NCBI GenBank assembly: GCA_051546255.1
Contig: CP128816.1
Location: forward strand, 372,001 to 436,000
Origin: Meyerozyma guilliermondii
Taxonomy: Eukaryota
Direction of reading: 5' to 3'
Length of the DNA: 64,000 nt
The translations under genes were made by a program, and so were the position numbers. Under the pieces are notes generated by a model. That model ran no database searches. It was not told where the DNA came from and saw only the letters and a list, made by a program, of their open reading frames with translations. Below are positions 1 through 9,772 of this stretch, piece by piece. Each line of letters begins with the position of its first letter. Within the stretch, counting starts at the first letter, position 1.

Positions 1-1
1 G

Positions 2-1414
2 GTCGAAAAGCTTGGCCTCGATAACATGGAGACCTCTTCAGTAAGTCACTTGAACACAAGGTCACCATATATTTATTTCAAGTCCCATCAATTGCCCCAA
101 GATAAAGTCTATGCTGTATACAAGGCATTGTTCAGCGATAAGGACTTGACTGAGGATCCGAAAGAAGCATTAAAACGGTGGTCTAGTCCTCCGTATAAAA
201 ACGGAAAATCAGCACTTTTGATGATTGGTGGTGGTCACTTTGCTGGAGCAATTGTCTCTCATACTCGTAAAAGTGTCCACGGAAATGCCCCAAACAGCAA
301 GATTTCGAAAGAAGAACAAGCGGTAGAACTTTTGGCAAACAAGTCGTTTCACAGATACACTACAAGACGGAAACAAGGTGGCTCTCAAAGTGCTAGCGAT
401 AACGCACGGGGCAAGGCAAATTCAGCAGGTTCCAGTATCAGACGATACAACGAGCAGGCATTGATTCAGGAAGTCAGAGCACTACTCACAAGCTGGCGAG
501 GTATGCTTCAAGAATGTGATAATATTTTCATCAGAGCCAACGGTGCTTCCACAAGAGGCATTTTGGTCGGATACGAAGGTGCACCTTTAAAGTCCAGTGA
601 TCCACGAATCCACAGCTTTCCATTCACCACTAAGCGTGCCACAACTTCAGAGCTCAAAAATGCATGGGCGAAACTCACAACCATATCAATTCAAGACGTT
701 CCCAAGTCCGACGAGAGGAGCCGCCAAAGACTTCAACAGCAATTAGACAGCCTCTCAAAATCAACCACAAAAACCACGAAGGTTCGCGAAGAAGAGTCCA
801 AAGAAGTGCAGTCGACCAATGAAATTATCAGTCTACTCAAACGTTCGAAAGCACCTCTTTTGATCAGCTATTTGAAAAAGAACAGTATACTGCCCAATTT
901 CGAACTTGAACCCAAAGCAAACTTCAAGCATTATCCCACACCATTGCATTATGCTTCCGCACATGGCTATACGCACATGATCCAGGTATTATTGGTGACT
1001 TTAAAAGCAGACCCAACTATCGTCAATGAATTTGGAAAGAACCCAGCTGATCTTTCTGCGAACGCATCCACCAGAAGAGCTTTTCAAATCGCCAGAAACA
1101 GTCTTGGAGAGAGCTATTGCGACTGGAAGAACGCCAGTGTTGGCAGCCCCATGTCTAGAGAGGATGTAGCCAAGGAGGAAGCCGCAGAAGAAATGAAACA
1201 AAAAACTGAAAAAAGGCAGCTACTTGAGGAAAGCTTAGCAAAAAAGACTGAATTAGAGATGAAAAAACCCTCGATCCAATCGAATGGAACCGTTGGAGGC
1301 AGCAAAATATTGACGGCTGCTGCCGACTTGAATGCTTTGACTCCTGAGCAAAAGATGAGAGTCATGAGAGAACAAAGGGCTCGAGCTGCTGAAGCCAGGT
1401 TAAAGGGAAAATAA
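2..1414 (+). CDS. VMS1: Vms1/ANKZF1 peptidyl-tRNA release factor, 5'-truncated by the window edge
   Basis: VLRF1 motifs GGGHFAGAI and KSFHRYTTRRKQGGSQS..D...GKANSAGSSIRRYNE; ankyrin TPLHYAS; C-terminal RE.RARAAEARL. The frame is open upstream of ATG 26 to the window start. Confidence 0.93.
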   Translation, partial: VEKLGLDNMETSSVSHLNTRSPYIYFKSHQLPQDKVYAVYKALFSDKDLTEDPKEALKRWSSPPYKNGKSALLMIGGGHFAGAIVSHTRKSVHGNAPNSKISKEEQAVELLANKSFHRYTTRRKQGGSQSASDNARGKANSAGSSIRRYNEQALIQEVRALLTSWRGMLQECDNIFIRANGASTRGILVGYEGAPLKSSDPRIHSFPFTTKRATTSELKNAWAKLTTISIQDVPKSDERSRQRLQQQLDSLSKSTTKTTKVREEESKEVQSTNEIISLLKRSKAPLLISYLKKNSILPNFELEPKANFKHYPTPLHYASAHGYTHMIQVLLVTLKADPTIVNEFGKNPADLSANASTRRAFQIARNSLGESYCDWKNASVGSPMSREDVAKEEAAEEMKQKTEKRQLLEESLAKKTELEMKKPSIQSNGTVGGSKILTAAADLNALTPEQKMRVMREQRARAAEARLKGK

Positions 1415-1456
1415 AGGGAATGGTTAACATCACATAGAGCACAGCAATATATTGGT

Positions 1457-4123
1457 TCAGGCCTCAACTTCTTTCATACCCGACGTCTTTGTCATCACAA
1501 ACGTTATAGGTGATGGAATTCCCTTCTTCTTCATGTTATTTACAATTTCGTTGACCGCTTCATCTTCGCAAAAATGGCCCTCCTTCACATCAAAGTGTCT
1601 GTAATCCTGCAACGCTCTTCGCATATTGTCTTTTCGAGCCTTTGGACGTTTGTCTTCCTGTTTAAAGTCTAGTGCTGAAATGTATCCCAATTGACTAGAT
1701 GTTAAGTCTTCCAGTGAATTCTCGCTCAGGTCTTCTAAAGGCACTTCTGCAAGTTCACCATCTCCTCCACATTCACATTCAAGTAAGTCATGCGTACTGC
1801 TTGATGTTTCGGAAACTGAAAAGAGATCCTTAAGATCGTCCGAATCGAATACGTCAGTTTTGGAGTCAACCTTATTATCCAAAAACTTGTCGCTCAAATT
1901 GTTTTTCATCAATTGCCTTTGAAAAATCTTTTCGTCAATGCATCCAGTGGTTAAAAGCCGGTAAATGAAAACCGGACGCTTTTGTCCATCTCGATGAATT
2001 CTAGCCATGGCTTGTAAGTCCACTGAGGGGTTCCAATCGTTGTCAAAAAGAATTAACCTTGAAGCTCCAACCAAATTCAACCCCACACCCCCAGCTTTAG
2101 CTGAGAGCAAGAAGATCATAGTGGATTCAGCTGACAGTTTATTAAACTGGTTAACCAACTTGTCGCGTTCTTTATTTGCAGTGGTTCCATCAAGTCGTAA
2201 TGATTTCATGTTAAGTTTGTTGACGGACTGCTCGAGAAGCTTTAACGTTTGAGTATAGTTGGAAACTAGTACAACCTTTTCACCTAGACGTTGTATTTCC
2301 AAAAGTAATGGTATCAAGACAAGAAGCTTACCACTAGTTTTATTGTTGAGTTCCACGTTCAAGCCAAAATCCAGACCCAGCAATTCTGACTCCTCCACTT
2401 TTCCCTCTGGGGCTAGCAAAGAAGGTGAATTGCATATCTTTTTAAAAAGTGTTATAAGGCCAAGGATTCCGCCCCGGGAACCAGAATATGAAGCTTTAAA
2501 CGTCTTTGAGCGTTTAATATCCTCAAAGAGCGATAGTTGTAATGTCGTTGGTTTGCAAAATAATATTACATCAGTCTTCGTTGTCAAGAAGGAAGATAGA
2601 ATGTCGCTTGTTCTCCTCAATGTGAATTCGTTGGTGAGCGCTATTAGCTTACTTGACAATAGGTCTCCTCTGTCTATAATTTCCTTGTTTGTGCAATTCA
2701 CATCTCTAGACCTTAGGATGTGTCTGATGTAGTCCTTTTGGAAAGAAGAAAACAGCCCCAAAATGCCAGGGTTGATAAAGTCGACAATGGTAAAAAATTC
2801 AACCAAATCATTCTGTATGGGTGTTCCAGTCAAGACAATCTTCTTTTCAACATCAAGATGTTTCAATACTTTCAAAACTTTGTTCGTGCTGCTTTTAAGG
2901 CGATGACCCTCATCACAGACTAGAAGGTCAAACTTTATCTCTGAAAGTTCTGATGCACAGGTCAAAACCTTTTCGTATCCCATGATCAATACGTTGTAGA
3001 CTCTGTTCTTGCCAAAGTTTTTGATATCCTGCTTGTCTGCAGCGGCACCTTGTTTCCCGTTAATCGATAAAACACCCAATCTATTTATATCAATCCACTT
3101 CTTGAACTCTCTATTCCAATTTGCAATAAGTGTCACCGGACATACAATTAACACCTTGTTGCATACTTGAACACCATCTGAGTTACGACGAACAAGTTTC
3201 CATATCAATGCAATTGTTGAAAGGGTTTTACCCAAGCCCATTTCATCGGCCAAGAGGGCACCCTTTCCTTGATATGAGCGTTGACCGGTAACACATTCAT
3301 GTAAAAAGGCTACTGCTTCTTTCTGGTGGGGACGCAAGACCAGGTCAAGTTTGGAGTCGATATCTATACCTGAGTTCTGATAATTTTGTTTGAAGACAGG
3401 TTGTTGTTTCTGTATTTTGTTGTTGGTTACATCCAGAAGTGGATCTCTGGCGTGTGGGGCCGACTTAAGGGAAGGAATAACAGGTTTAAACTCAGAGGAA
3501 AGACCTGACAGATTCTGAGAGCTTGTCATAGAAGCCGAACGACTAGCTGGTTCACGAGATATAGACTCTCCATCAGTCACTGCTGATATTTCATAGTCGA
3601 TTTCAGCTTCATAACCACCAAGCTTAATTATACCGTCGATATTAGTATGCCGTGCTCGAGCTATTTCTCGAGATTTGGAGTCAAGCTTTAGCGACATTGA
3701 GTCCACCATGACCAACAATATCCCGTCTCCCTCCCATGTCTTGTTCTTACGGTTCGATGTCTTTCTCCATTGGACGGCAAAGCGCCGAGTTGATGTTTCA
3801 TTGGATGATGGTGGGCTTGAGTGAGACAAAGTCGAGCTGTATATGGAATGCAACTGTTGTCTTTTTCTCGAAATGGAATTCTGTGAGTTTGAACCTGGAG
3901 CTATTTTGATGTCTGGTGTGCTAGTCGGTGGTTTATTTGATGTTTTAGGTAACTTTTTTGGTGAATTGTTTGCGGTGATGGTTGGGTCATCTTCATTGAC
4001 ATTTGATCTGCGTTTTCCTGTAGGTGATGATTTTAGTTTTCCGAATGTTTTAGTCTTCAGCTCGTCACCGCCTTGAATGAACGGTCGTGGAGGCCGGAAT
4101 GGTGCCGATGGACCTCTTTTCAT
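1457..4123 (-). CDS. RDH54: Rdh54/Rad54B Swi2/Snf2 DNA translocase
   Basis: LADEMGLGKT, CDEGHRLK, TGTPIQNDL, DWNPSVDLQAMARIHRDGQK; N-terminal WRK...KNKTWEGDG typical of Rdh54. First in-frame ATG is 4123. Confidence 0.9.
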   Translation of the reverse strand: MKRGPSAPFRPPRPFIQGGDELKTKTFGKLKSSPTGKRRSNVNEDDPTITANNSPKKLPKTSNKPPTSTPDIKIAPGSNSQNSISRKRQQLHSIYSSTLSHSSPPSSNETSTRRFAVQWRKTSNRKNKTWEGDGILLVMVDSMSLKLDSKSREIARARHTNIDGIIKLGGYEAEIDYEISAVTDGESISREPASRSASMTSSQNLSGLSSEFKPVIPSLKSAPHARDPLLDVTNNKIQKQQPVFKQNYQNSGIDIDSKLDLVLRPHQKEAVAFLHECVTGQRSYQGKGALLADEMGLGKTLSTIALIWKLVRRNSDGVQVCNKVLIVCPVTLIANWNREFKKWIDINRLGVLSINGKQGAAADKQDIKNFGKNRVYNVLIMGYEKVLTCASELSEIKFDLLVCDEGHRLKSSTNKVLKVLKHLDVEKKIVLTGTPIQNDLVEFFTIVDFINPGILGLFSSFQKDYIRHILRSRDVNCTNKEIIDRGDLLSSKLIALTNEFTLRRTSDILSSFLTTKTDVILFCKPTTLQLSLFEDIKRSKTFKASYSGSRGGILGLITLFKKICNSPSLLAPEGKVEESELLGLDFGLNVELNNKTSGKLLVLIPLLLEIQRLGEKVVLVSNYTQTLKLLEQSVNKLNMKSLRLDGTTANKERDKLVNQFNKLSAESTMIFLLSAKAGGVGLNLVGASRLILFDNDWNPSVDLQAMARIHRDGQKRPVFIYRLLTTGCIDEKIFQRQLMKNNLSDKFLDNKVDSKTDVFDSDDLKDLFSVSETSSSTHDLLECECGGDGELAEVPLEDLSENSLEDLTSSQLGYISALDFKQEDKRPKARKDNMRRALQDYRHFDVKEGHFCEDEAVNEIVNNMKKKGIPSPITFVMTKTSGMKEVEA

Positions 4124-4219
4124 GATATGTTTAAGTCTACAAATCGGCTGCAACAACACGCTTCAGTCGCGTGTTTTTCACCAGTACACCATAGGAATAT
4201 CATTATTATACATACTAAA

Positions 4220-4631
4220 CTAAGCTTTCACAGAGTCACCAAACAAGTAGTAGTAGCATCGGGACGTCATGAACATGATGTTGGATGGCATGTAGCAGTA
4301 GAGCCCATAAGCTATTAAATAGGTGAAAGCGAGAATTAAGAAGTCTGAGTTAGCAGATAGAACAGAATGCAAATAATCAATGGAAAGTGACCAAACATCT
4401 CGAAGAGTAGAGAGTAGAAAAGGTCACCAAACGGGAAAGTTTTCGGTGTGTCAATTTTTGGTTCGTTTCACATATGTTTGAACTTTCACTTATTCAAATT
4501 CAGTCTCTTGTGCTCCATTCTCAGCCGATATACTTACGAAGTATTAATTGTTCTGCAGGGGTAAGCATCGCAAAGGGGACATGGTGGTAGTAAAGAGTAT
4601 ATAATCTTGACGGCGACTTTAAGAATGCCAT
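4220..4631 (-). CDS. TSC3: Serine palmitoyltransferase small subunit Tsc3/ssSPT, spliced (exons 4631-4538 and 4344-4220), 72 aa; a longer in-frame start exists at 4829
   Basis: Intron GTAAGT(4537)...TGCTAACTCAG(4345). Product MAFLKSPSRLYTLYYHHVPFAMLTPAEQLILHFLILAFTYLIAYGLYCYMPSNIMFMTSRCYYYLFGDSVKA resembles Tsc3 (LY..YY.H.PF, one TM helix) and ssSPT (MLTP.E...Y.P). Confidence 0.85.
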
Positions 4632-5056
4632 TTTGCAAAGAAATATTTCTAAACTGGCGCGCGATAAATCCAGGTAACGAAAACACCCAGTACACCAAAT
4701 AGAGCCGATAATGGAAAACCGAGGAAGCAGGAATGGATTTGAGATGTAAATTGCTAAAAATTGTTGATATCTACAATCTATGGTGATTCCATGCTGGGTT
4801 TGAGTCAACGTTTTAGCATTTTTCGACATGGATGTAGGCAGATTTACAGCATAGGAGCTACTCCCAAATGGTAAAAAGCCATAAATTTAGCCTGCACGAT
4901 CACCGTTTATGGAACTCGATTGATCTGTATACTGTATGGTGGAATTTCACAAAGGAAAGCTAACAACTTTCAAGTGTCTTGCTGCAAATTCCTGTATATA
5001 CCTGCACATCGCAGCCGAGATGAGATGAGCCGCGCGGTTGGTGGAGTAGCTAGAGG

Positions 5057-8000
5057 ATGCCAGATGAAAGACCACTTTCACACATCAAGACCTCGCTTAT
5101 TAGCGATGAATTGAGTCAAAATGAGATGGTGGACACTGTCCATGGTTTGTTTGCTTTGCTAAATTCAGAAATTGAAGAACTGCAACAAACTCTAGCTTGT
5201 GACTGTATTTCCATATGGATAACAAAGTGTCTAAAAATGAACTCTCAGGACTTGGCATCTCAATTCACATTCAAATACGCAGATACAGTCTTCTACTACG
5301 TCCTTGATCTTGGAGGAAAAGATACCGGCCCTCTTGCCAATTCTTTGTCTGGTCTATTCACCAAGACTATCACCATATTGAAGAAATATCAGCAAAACTT
5401 TCAAGATACTTTCAAGTCGTGGATCGACAAGACAATGACTATTCCTAGTGATTCCAAGCAAAAGTACATGCTTATCGAGAAAGTTGGGAGTAATATAGAC
5501 GACGAGTACATTGCTTCTCACTACCTGGAATTCTGTGCTAATGCCATACAAACTATGTCTTCGAATCGACTTGCGAATGTTATAAGCAAGGCACTTTTGA
5601 CCACCTGGAAACCATTTCTCAAGACACAATTCCCCGAAGAAACAGTAATGCAATGGCTCAATGTGTGGTTTGATACGGTATTGAAGGGCTTGAAAGATTT
5701 GCAACTTCGTTCAAATATAACAACTTACCTCATGCCACTTTTGTTCAAGCAATGTCCCTCCTGCTATACTATATTCTTATCCAGAATCGAAGGTCCTCTA
5801 GGTTTAAGTGAAGATTCATCGACTGATCTTTTGATTGGAACATTGAAAATTGGCCAAGACTTGGGTCTCAAAGGTGCTGAAGGAACTTCCACCAAAGCTT
5901 TGTTACCTCTTCTCACACACAGAAATGGCGACTTTCGAAATCGAGCATTACAACTACTTGTAGGCAGCAGAAGAAGCACCGACAAAATCGACCAAGAGAT
6001 ATATTTCACGATTATCTCAGAAAATTTACTTGCTTTATTCATTCTGGAAAACCAGGCAGTGGAAAGTCAGAATAGCTTCATCTCCACGATGAGACAGTTT
6101 CTTATCCGCATCAGAGACTCATGCCACACCGCTGAAAAATCCCGTTCCAACTCTAAGCGACAAAAGGGCAGTGATACAGATAACTTGACTCAACAGATAG
6201 ATGAGGCAAAGAAGTTTCTTGTTCATTTGATCAATACAGCCAAGTCCTACATGGTTCCAGAGTCTTCTTTCTCCCAGCATAGTTGCTCTTTGCAGCTTAT
6301 TGAGCTTATAATTGAAGCTAGGGTATGCCCAGACTTGAATCCAAAGTCGAAATTACTAGTGCAATCGAAGCATATGCTCCACAATAAGTCCAAGTTTCCT
6401 TTCTCCATTGAGGTCTTTGATGCTGAATTGATACGAATTTTACTCGATGATCATACGAGCAATTACCGCTATATCAGAGAACACAGCGCTCAAATACTAT
6501 TGTCATATGACCCGGAAAAACTTTCAAGTATGATTCTTCAGCACTATGATGTACTATACAATCGTGCTCTTGCACTACTTGCTGACCTTAAGGGTCGTTC
6601 AAGTGAGGGAGGGGCATTCATTATCAAGATTTTGGGACAGGTTTATCTTGAAACTGAGAGATTCGACTCATTTTTTGAAATTTTTCAGAAGCTTGTCCTT
6701 CAATTGGAGCTGAATATCAATGTTCTTAAAGCCAGCGGTTTTGACGATGAGAAACCCAACATTGCCCACGGTGCCCTCTCAGCCCTCAGTATGTTATGCG
6801 AGAGTATAATCGATTCAAAAGATGTCAAATTGGTCTCAGAATTGCACAGCTATGCCAATCAAATATTGTCCAATATCACCAGCATATGGGTTTCCGTCCG
6901 TCACAATTTGCAGAACGTGGCTGCGGTTCAAGAAGAGGACTTGCTTCTGGAAAAAAAGGTTGTAACGTTTGGATGGAAAGCGGTGAAAGAGTCAAGCAAA
7001 TTACTTCAAACGTTGATGACTATGCAACTCATGGGGCAGACCAACTTTCTAAATCAACAATGGATTGAGGACTGTGCCTCTACGCTCATGGAGCAGCTAA
7101 CAACCATCAAACATAGAGGTGCCTTTTCGTCAGTATATCCATGCTTCGTCGCACTTTGCAATCTTTGCAACAATTCATATCCAGATATGCCTTTGAAGTG
7201 GCTTGCCAAAAACATTGAAATGATTCAAAACCGAGACCAGCTCATCAGTCGACGTTCGGGAGGAATACCGTATCTCGTCACAGCGATTTTGACTTCGAAA
7301 ACTGCCAATGAAGATATACAGAGCAATACTCTTGAACATCTACTAAGAATTGCAGAAGATCCATACGAGAAGTTAGAAGACGGCAAGAGAGATTTACCAC
7401 AAGTACATGCTTTCAATATCTTGCGTCAAATATTCACTGACCCAGCGTTGAGTGCCCATAACTTCCGCTTCATTGGAAAGGCATTAAACCTCTCTTTAAG
7501 ACTTTTCGTCTCAAAAAACTGGTCAATAAGGAACTGCTCAATGATGCTCTTCTCCACGGTCCACAATAGAATCTTTGGTAAAAGTGAAAAATTACTGGCT
7601 CGTCAATACTTTTCACTTTGTGGTGATTCAAGCAAGTTTCTAGCTAAGACTTTAGGAGATCTGATCAAGACTTCAAATTACGATATGATGTTCCCCATTC
7701 TACAAATCTTGTCAAGAATTTCGTTCCTGGATGGTGACAGTAACTATGAAGAGTTTCACCTGCTTCTTTCACAAAGCGTTCGTTCCAGATCTTGGAAAGT
7801 TCGTGAGATAGGTGCTAAAGCACTTGCTTCAATTATCATTGCAAACCAAAGAATTGAAGTAGCCCAACAAATGTTGGAGAGAACTTTAAAATCCACTGAT
7901 AACAATGAAGCTCATGGCAACTTATGTTCCGTACTGGAACTTATGGAGCTCATTTCTGACCAGAAGGGACAATTGCCTGGCACACTTGGTACCTCAGTTG

Positions 8001-9289
8001 CGGACTTGTGTGTTCAAATTGTTCTACAGAATGACTGCTGGACAGTTCGAGGCAAAGCGACAAAGATCCTTCAAGGAATAGAAAGACTCAACAAGGAGCA
8101 CCTTACAGTTCTTCTCGACTTTTTCAAAGATGAAATCGAGAAAGTTCATCGTACTCTCAATGGAGAGAGGAAATTGTGCTTGAGAAATCTACTCGAGCTC
8201 TTTTTACGAGAGACCTTCGACGAGAAATTGGCTTTCTCTTCCATTCTAGAGTATGTTTTACAACTAGATTTCCACGATGAGCTTAAAGTGCTTGCAATCG
8301 AGTTCTTACTTGAGCACGGTATTTCAAATGTTATTTTGAATACGGCTTTGGTTGACAACTTGGGAGCAATTTTGACTGAGTCTAACTGGAGATATCTTCA
8401 GACCAAGGTCCTTGAGCTTGCACTGCAGCTACCTATTTACAGCTTACAATTACCGCTCCAAACTTTGGAGGAATGGTTCAAAGATCAGAATGATCGAGAC
8501 TCCATTGGTCATGCACTCACCATAATGGCATCTATGGACTTTGACAAGGCACTCATGAATGGCATATTGGACAGAGCCCAGAAACTTTTACTGGAAGAAA
8601 ACTCCGAAAAGACCAGAAAATCAGGACTCACGACTGTTATTAGAGTTGCTGAAAACCAAGAACAAGCATCTGCAATCAGTTCAAGAGCCTTAATGATTGT
8701 CTATGATTCCCTTTGGGATGATAGCGAAGAGCTAAGATACATGTGTTCGGAATACCTTGCTTCAAAAGTGGAATTGAAAAGCTCTCAATCTCCATATCAT
8801 ATAATGGCCCGGTTCATTGATGTCATTCCAACATCTACTCACATCGCTGAAAGTGCCTGCAACTACTTTATATCTTGTGAGCCGAGAGTCTCAGAGTGCC
8901 TTGCTAACGCAATTACAAACCGTGAAAGCACAGACCAGCTCTTTGAAATTGAGGAAGTTAACTTGTACAAGAACAATATCGACCGGTGCACAAGTAGCAT
9001 AAAGTTGGCTGAACATGTTAAAGATGCAATTTCTGAGACTAGGATGGAGAATATGCTTCATTTTGTGCGTGAAGACCTCCTGAAAATTGTTCAACACATA
9101 AAACTAATGGGAAAGGATGGTCCAGCTGGTTGGCTCCGCGGACGGTTCGAATTCGAAAGTGTCTATTGTACCATTATTCGAGCAAAATGCATCGAAAATA
9201 TTTTGAAAAGTCACGAAATACTCGGAGAATTGCGGCTGTTGGGACCAGAATTGGAGATTCACCCTACTATCGCTAAGCTTCTTGATTGA
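5057..9289 (+). CDS. TRM732: Trm732/THADA, armadillo-fold partner of Trm7 (DUF2428)
   Basis: 1410 aa helical protein with KHRGAFSSV, RRSGGIPYL, DLPQVHAFNIL, WSIRNC; PAC-like GATGAGATGAG at 5019-5029. Confidence 0.9.
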   Translation: MPDERPLSHIKTSLISDELSQNEMVDTVHGLFALLNSEIEELQQTLACDCISIWITKCLKMNSQDLASQFTFKYADTVFYYVLDLGGKDTGPLANSLSGLFTKTITILKKYQQNFQDTFKSWIDKTMTIPSDSKQKYMLIEKVGSNIDDEYIASHYLEFCANAIQTMSSNRLANVISKALLTTWKPFLKTQFPEETVMQWLNVWFDTVLKGLKDLQLRSNITTYLMPLLFKQCPSCYTIFLSRIEGPLGLSEDSSTDLLIGTLKIGQDLGLKGAEGTSTKALLPLLTHRNGDFRNRALQLLVGSRRSTDKIDQEIYFTIISENLLALFILENQAVESQNSFISTMRQFLIRIRDSCHTAEKSRSNSKRQKGSDTDNLTQQIDEAKKFLVHLINTAKSYMVPESSFSQHSCSLQLIELIIEARVCPDLNPKSKLLVQSKHMLHNKSKFPFSIEVFDAELIRILLDDHTSNYRYIREHSAQILLSYDPEKLSSMILQHYDVLYNRALALLADLKGRSSEGGAFIIKILGQVYLETERFDSFFEIFQKLVLQLELNINVLKASGFDDEKPNIAHGALSALSMLCESIIDSKDVKLVSELHSYANQILSNITSIWVSVRHNLQNVAAVQEEDLLLEKKVVTFGWKAVKESSKLLQTLMTMQLMGQTNFLNQQWIEDCASTLMEQLTTIKHRGAFSSVYPCFVALCNLCNNSYPDMPLKWLAKNIEMIQNRDQLISRRSGGIPYLVTAILTSKTANEDIQSNTLEHLLRIAEDPYEKLEDGKRDLPQVHAFNILRQIFTDPALSAHNFRFIGKALNLSLRLFVSKNWSIRNCSMMLFSTVHNRIFGKSEKLLARQYFSLCGDSSKFLAKTLGDLIKTSNYDMMFPILQILSRISFLDGDSNYEEFHLLLSQSVRSRSWKVREIGAKALASIIIANQRIEVAQQMLERTLKSTDNNEAHGNLCSVLELMELISDQKGQLPGTLGTSVADLCVQIVLQNDCWTVRGKATKILQGIERLNKEHLTVLLDFFKDEIEKVHRTLNGERKLCLRNLLELFLRETFDEKLAFSSILEYVLQLDFHDELKVLAIEFLLEHGISNVILNTALVDNLGAILTESNWRYLQTKVLELALQLPIYSLQLPLQTLEEWFKDQNDRDSIGHALTIMASMDFDKALMNGILDRAQKLLLEENSEKTRKSGLTTVIRVAENQEQASAISSRALMIVYDSLWDDSEELRYMCSEYLASKVELKSSQSPYHIMARFIDVIPTSTHIAESACNYFISCEPRVSECLANAITNRESTDQLFEIEEVNLYKNNIDRCTSSIKLAEHVKDAISETRMENMLHFVREDLLKIVQHIKLMGKDGPAGWLRGRFEFESVYCTIIRAKCIENILKSHEILGELRLLGPELEIHPTIAKLLD

Positions 9290-9358
9290 ATTTCGCAGCC
9301 AAATTCACACTAAACCTTCGCAGCCAAACTTCCGGTAGTGCCCCGACCAGCTGAAGTG

Positions 9359-9549
9359 TATAAAAAGGCATCGATGCGAATAATTTTCCAGTCTTAATTT
9401 CATAAGGTATGTAATCCATGAATTCGCTGATGAACGAAAACACACAACTACGAATTTCTTCACCTGAACCACCGTGTAGAACAAAATTTTTCAGAGCTTT
9501 TTAACACTGAGAATTCGATTACTAACAAAAGCTTTACATTTCTGTTCAG
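9359..9549 (+). other. Non-coding spliced snoRNA host unit: TATA box, short exon, intron from 9407 to 9531 or 9549
   Basis: TATAAAA 9359-9365; GTATGT 9407-9412; TACTAAC 9520-9526; AG at 9531 (AAAAG) or 9549 (TTCAG). The only exon-1 ATG stops after 7 codons. Confidence 0.8.
9420..9516 (+). ncRNA. SNR47: Box C/D snoRNA snR47 (guides for 25S and 18S rRNA), intronic in a non-coding host
   Basis: Box C TGATGA 9428-9433; guide GAATTTCTTCAC + D' CTGA 9464-9467, complementary to 25S GUGAAGAAAUUC; guide GAGCTTTTTAAC + D CTGA 9507-9510, complementary to 18S GUUAAAAAGCUC; terminal GAATTC/GAATTC stem. Confidence 0.92.
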
Positions 9550-9772
9550 AAACGACTGTGGGCTTTGATACCCATTCTGCCGTAGAGTATTGTACTAGCA
9601 CAGTAGTTCGAATACAACTTGAGTACAGCTTGAATACTGTTTCAACAGCTTCAAATTGTACTTGGTTTCACGAGAACTACACAACTTTTCCCTTCGCTAA
9701 TTTCATCACGTGATTCCATCTCTCATCGCTACTTAATAATCTTTACTCTTCATCACTAAATCCCAGACTAAC

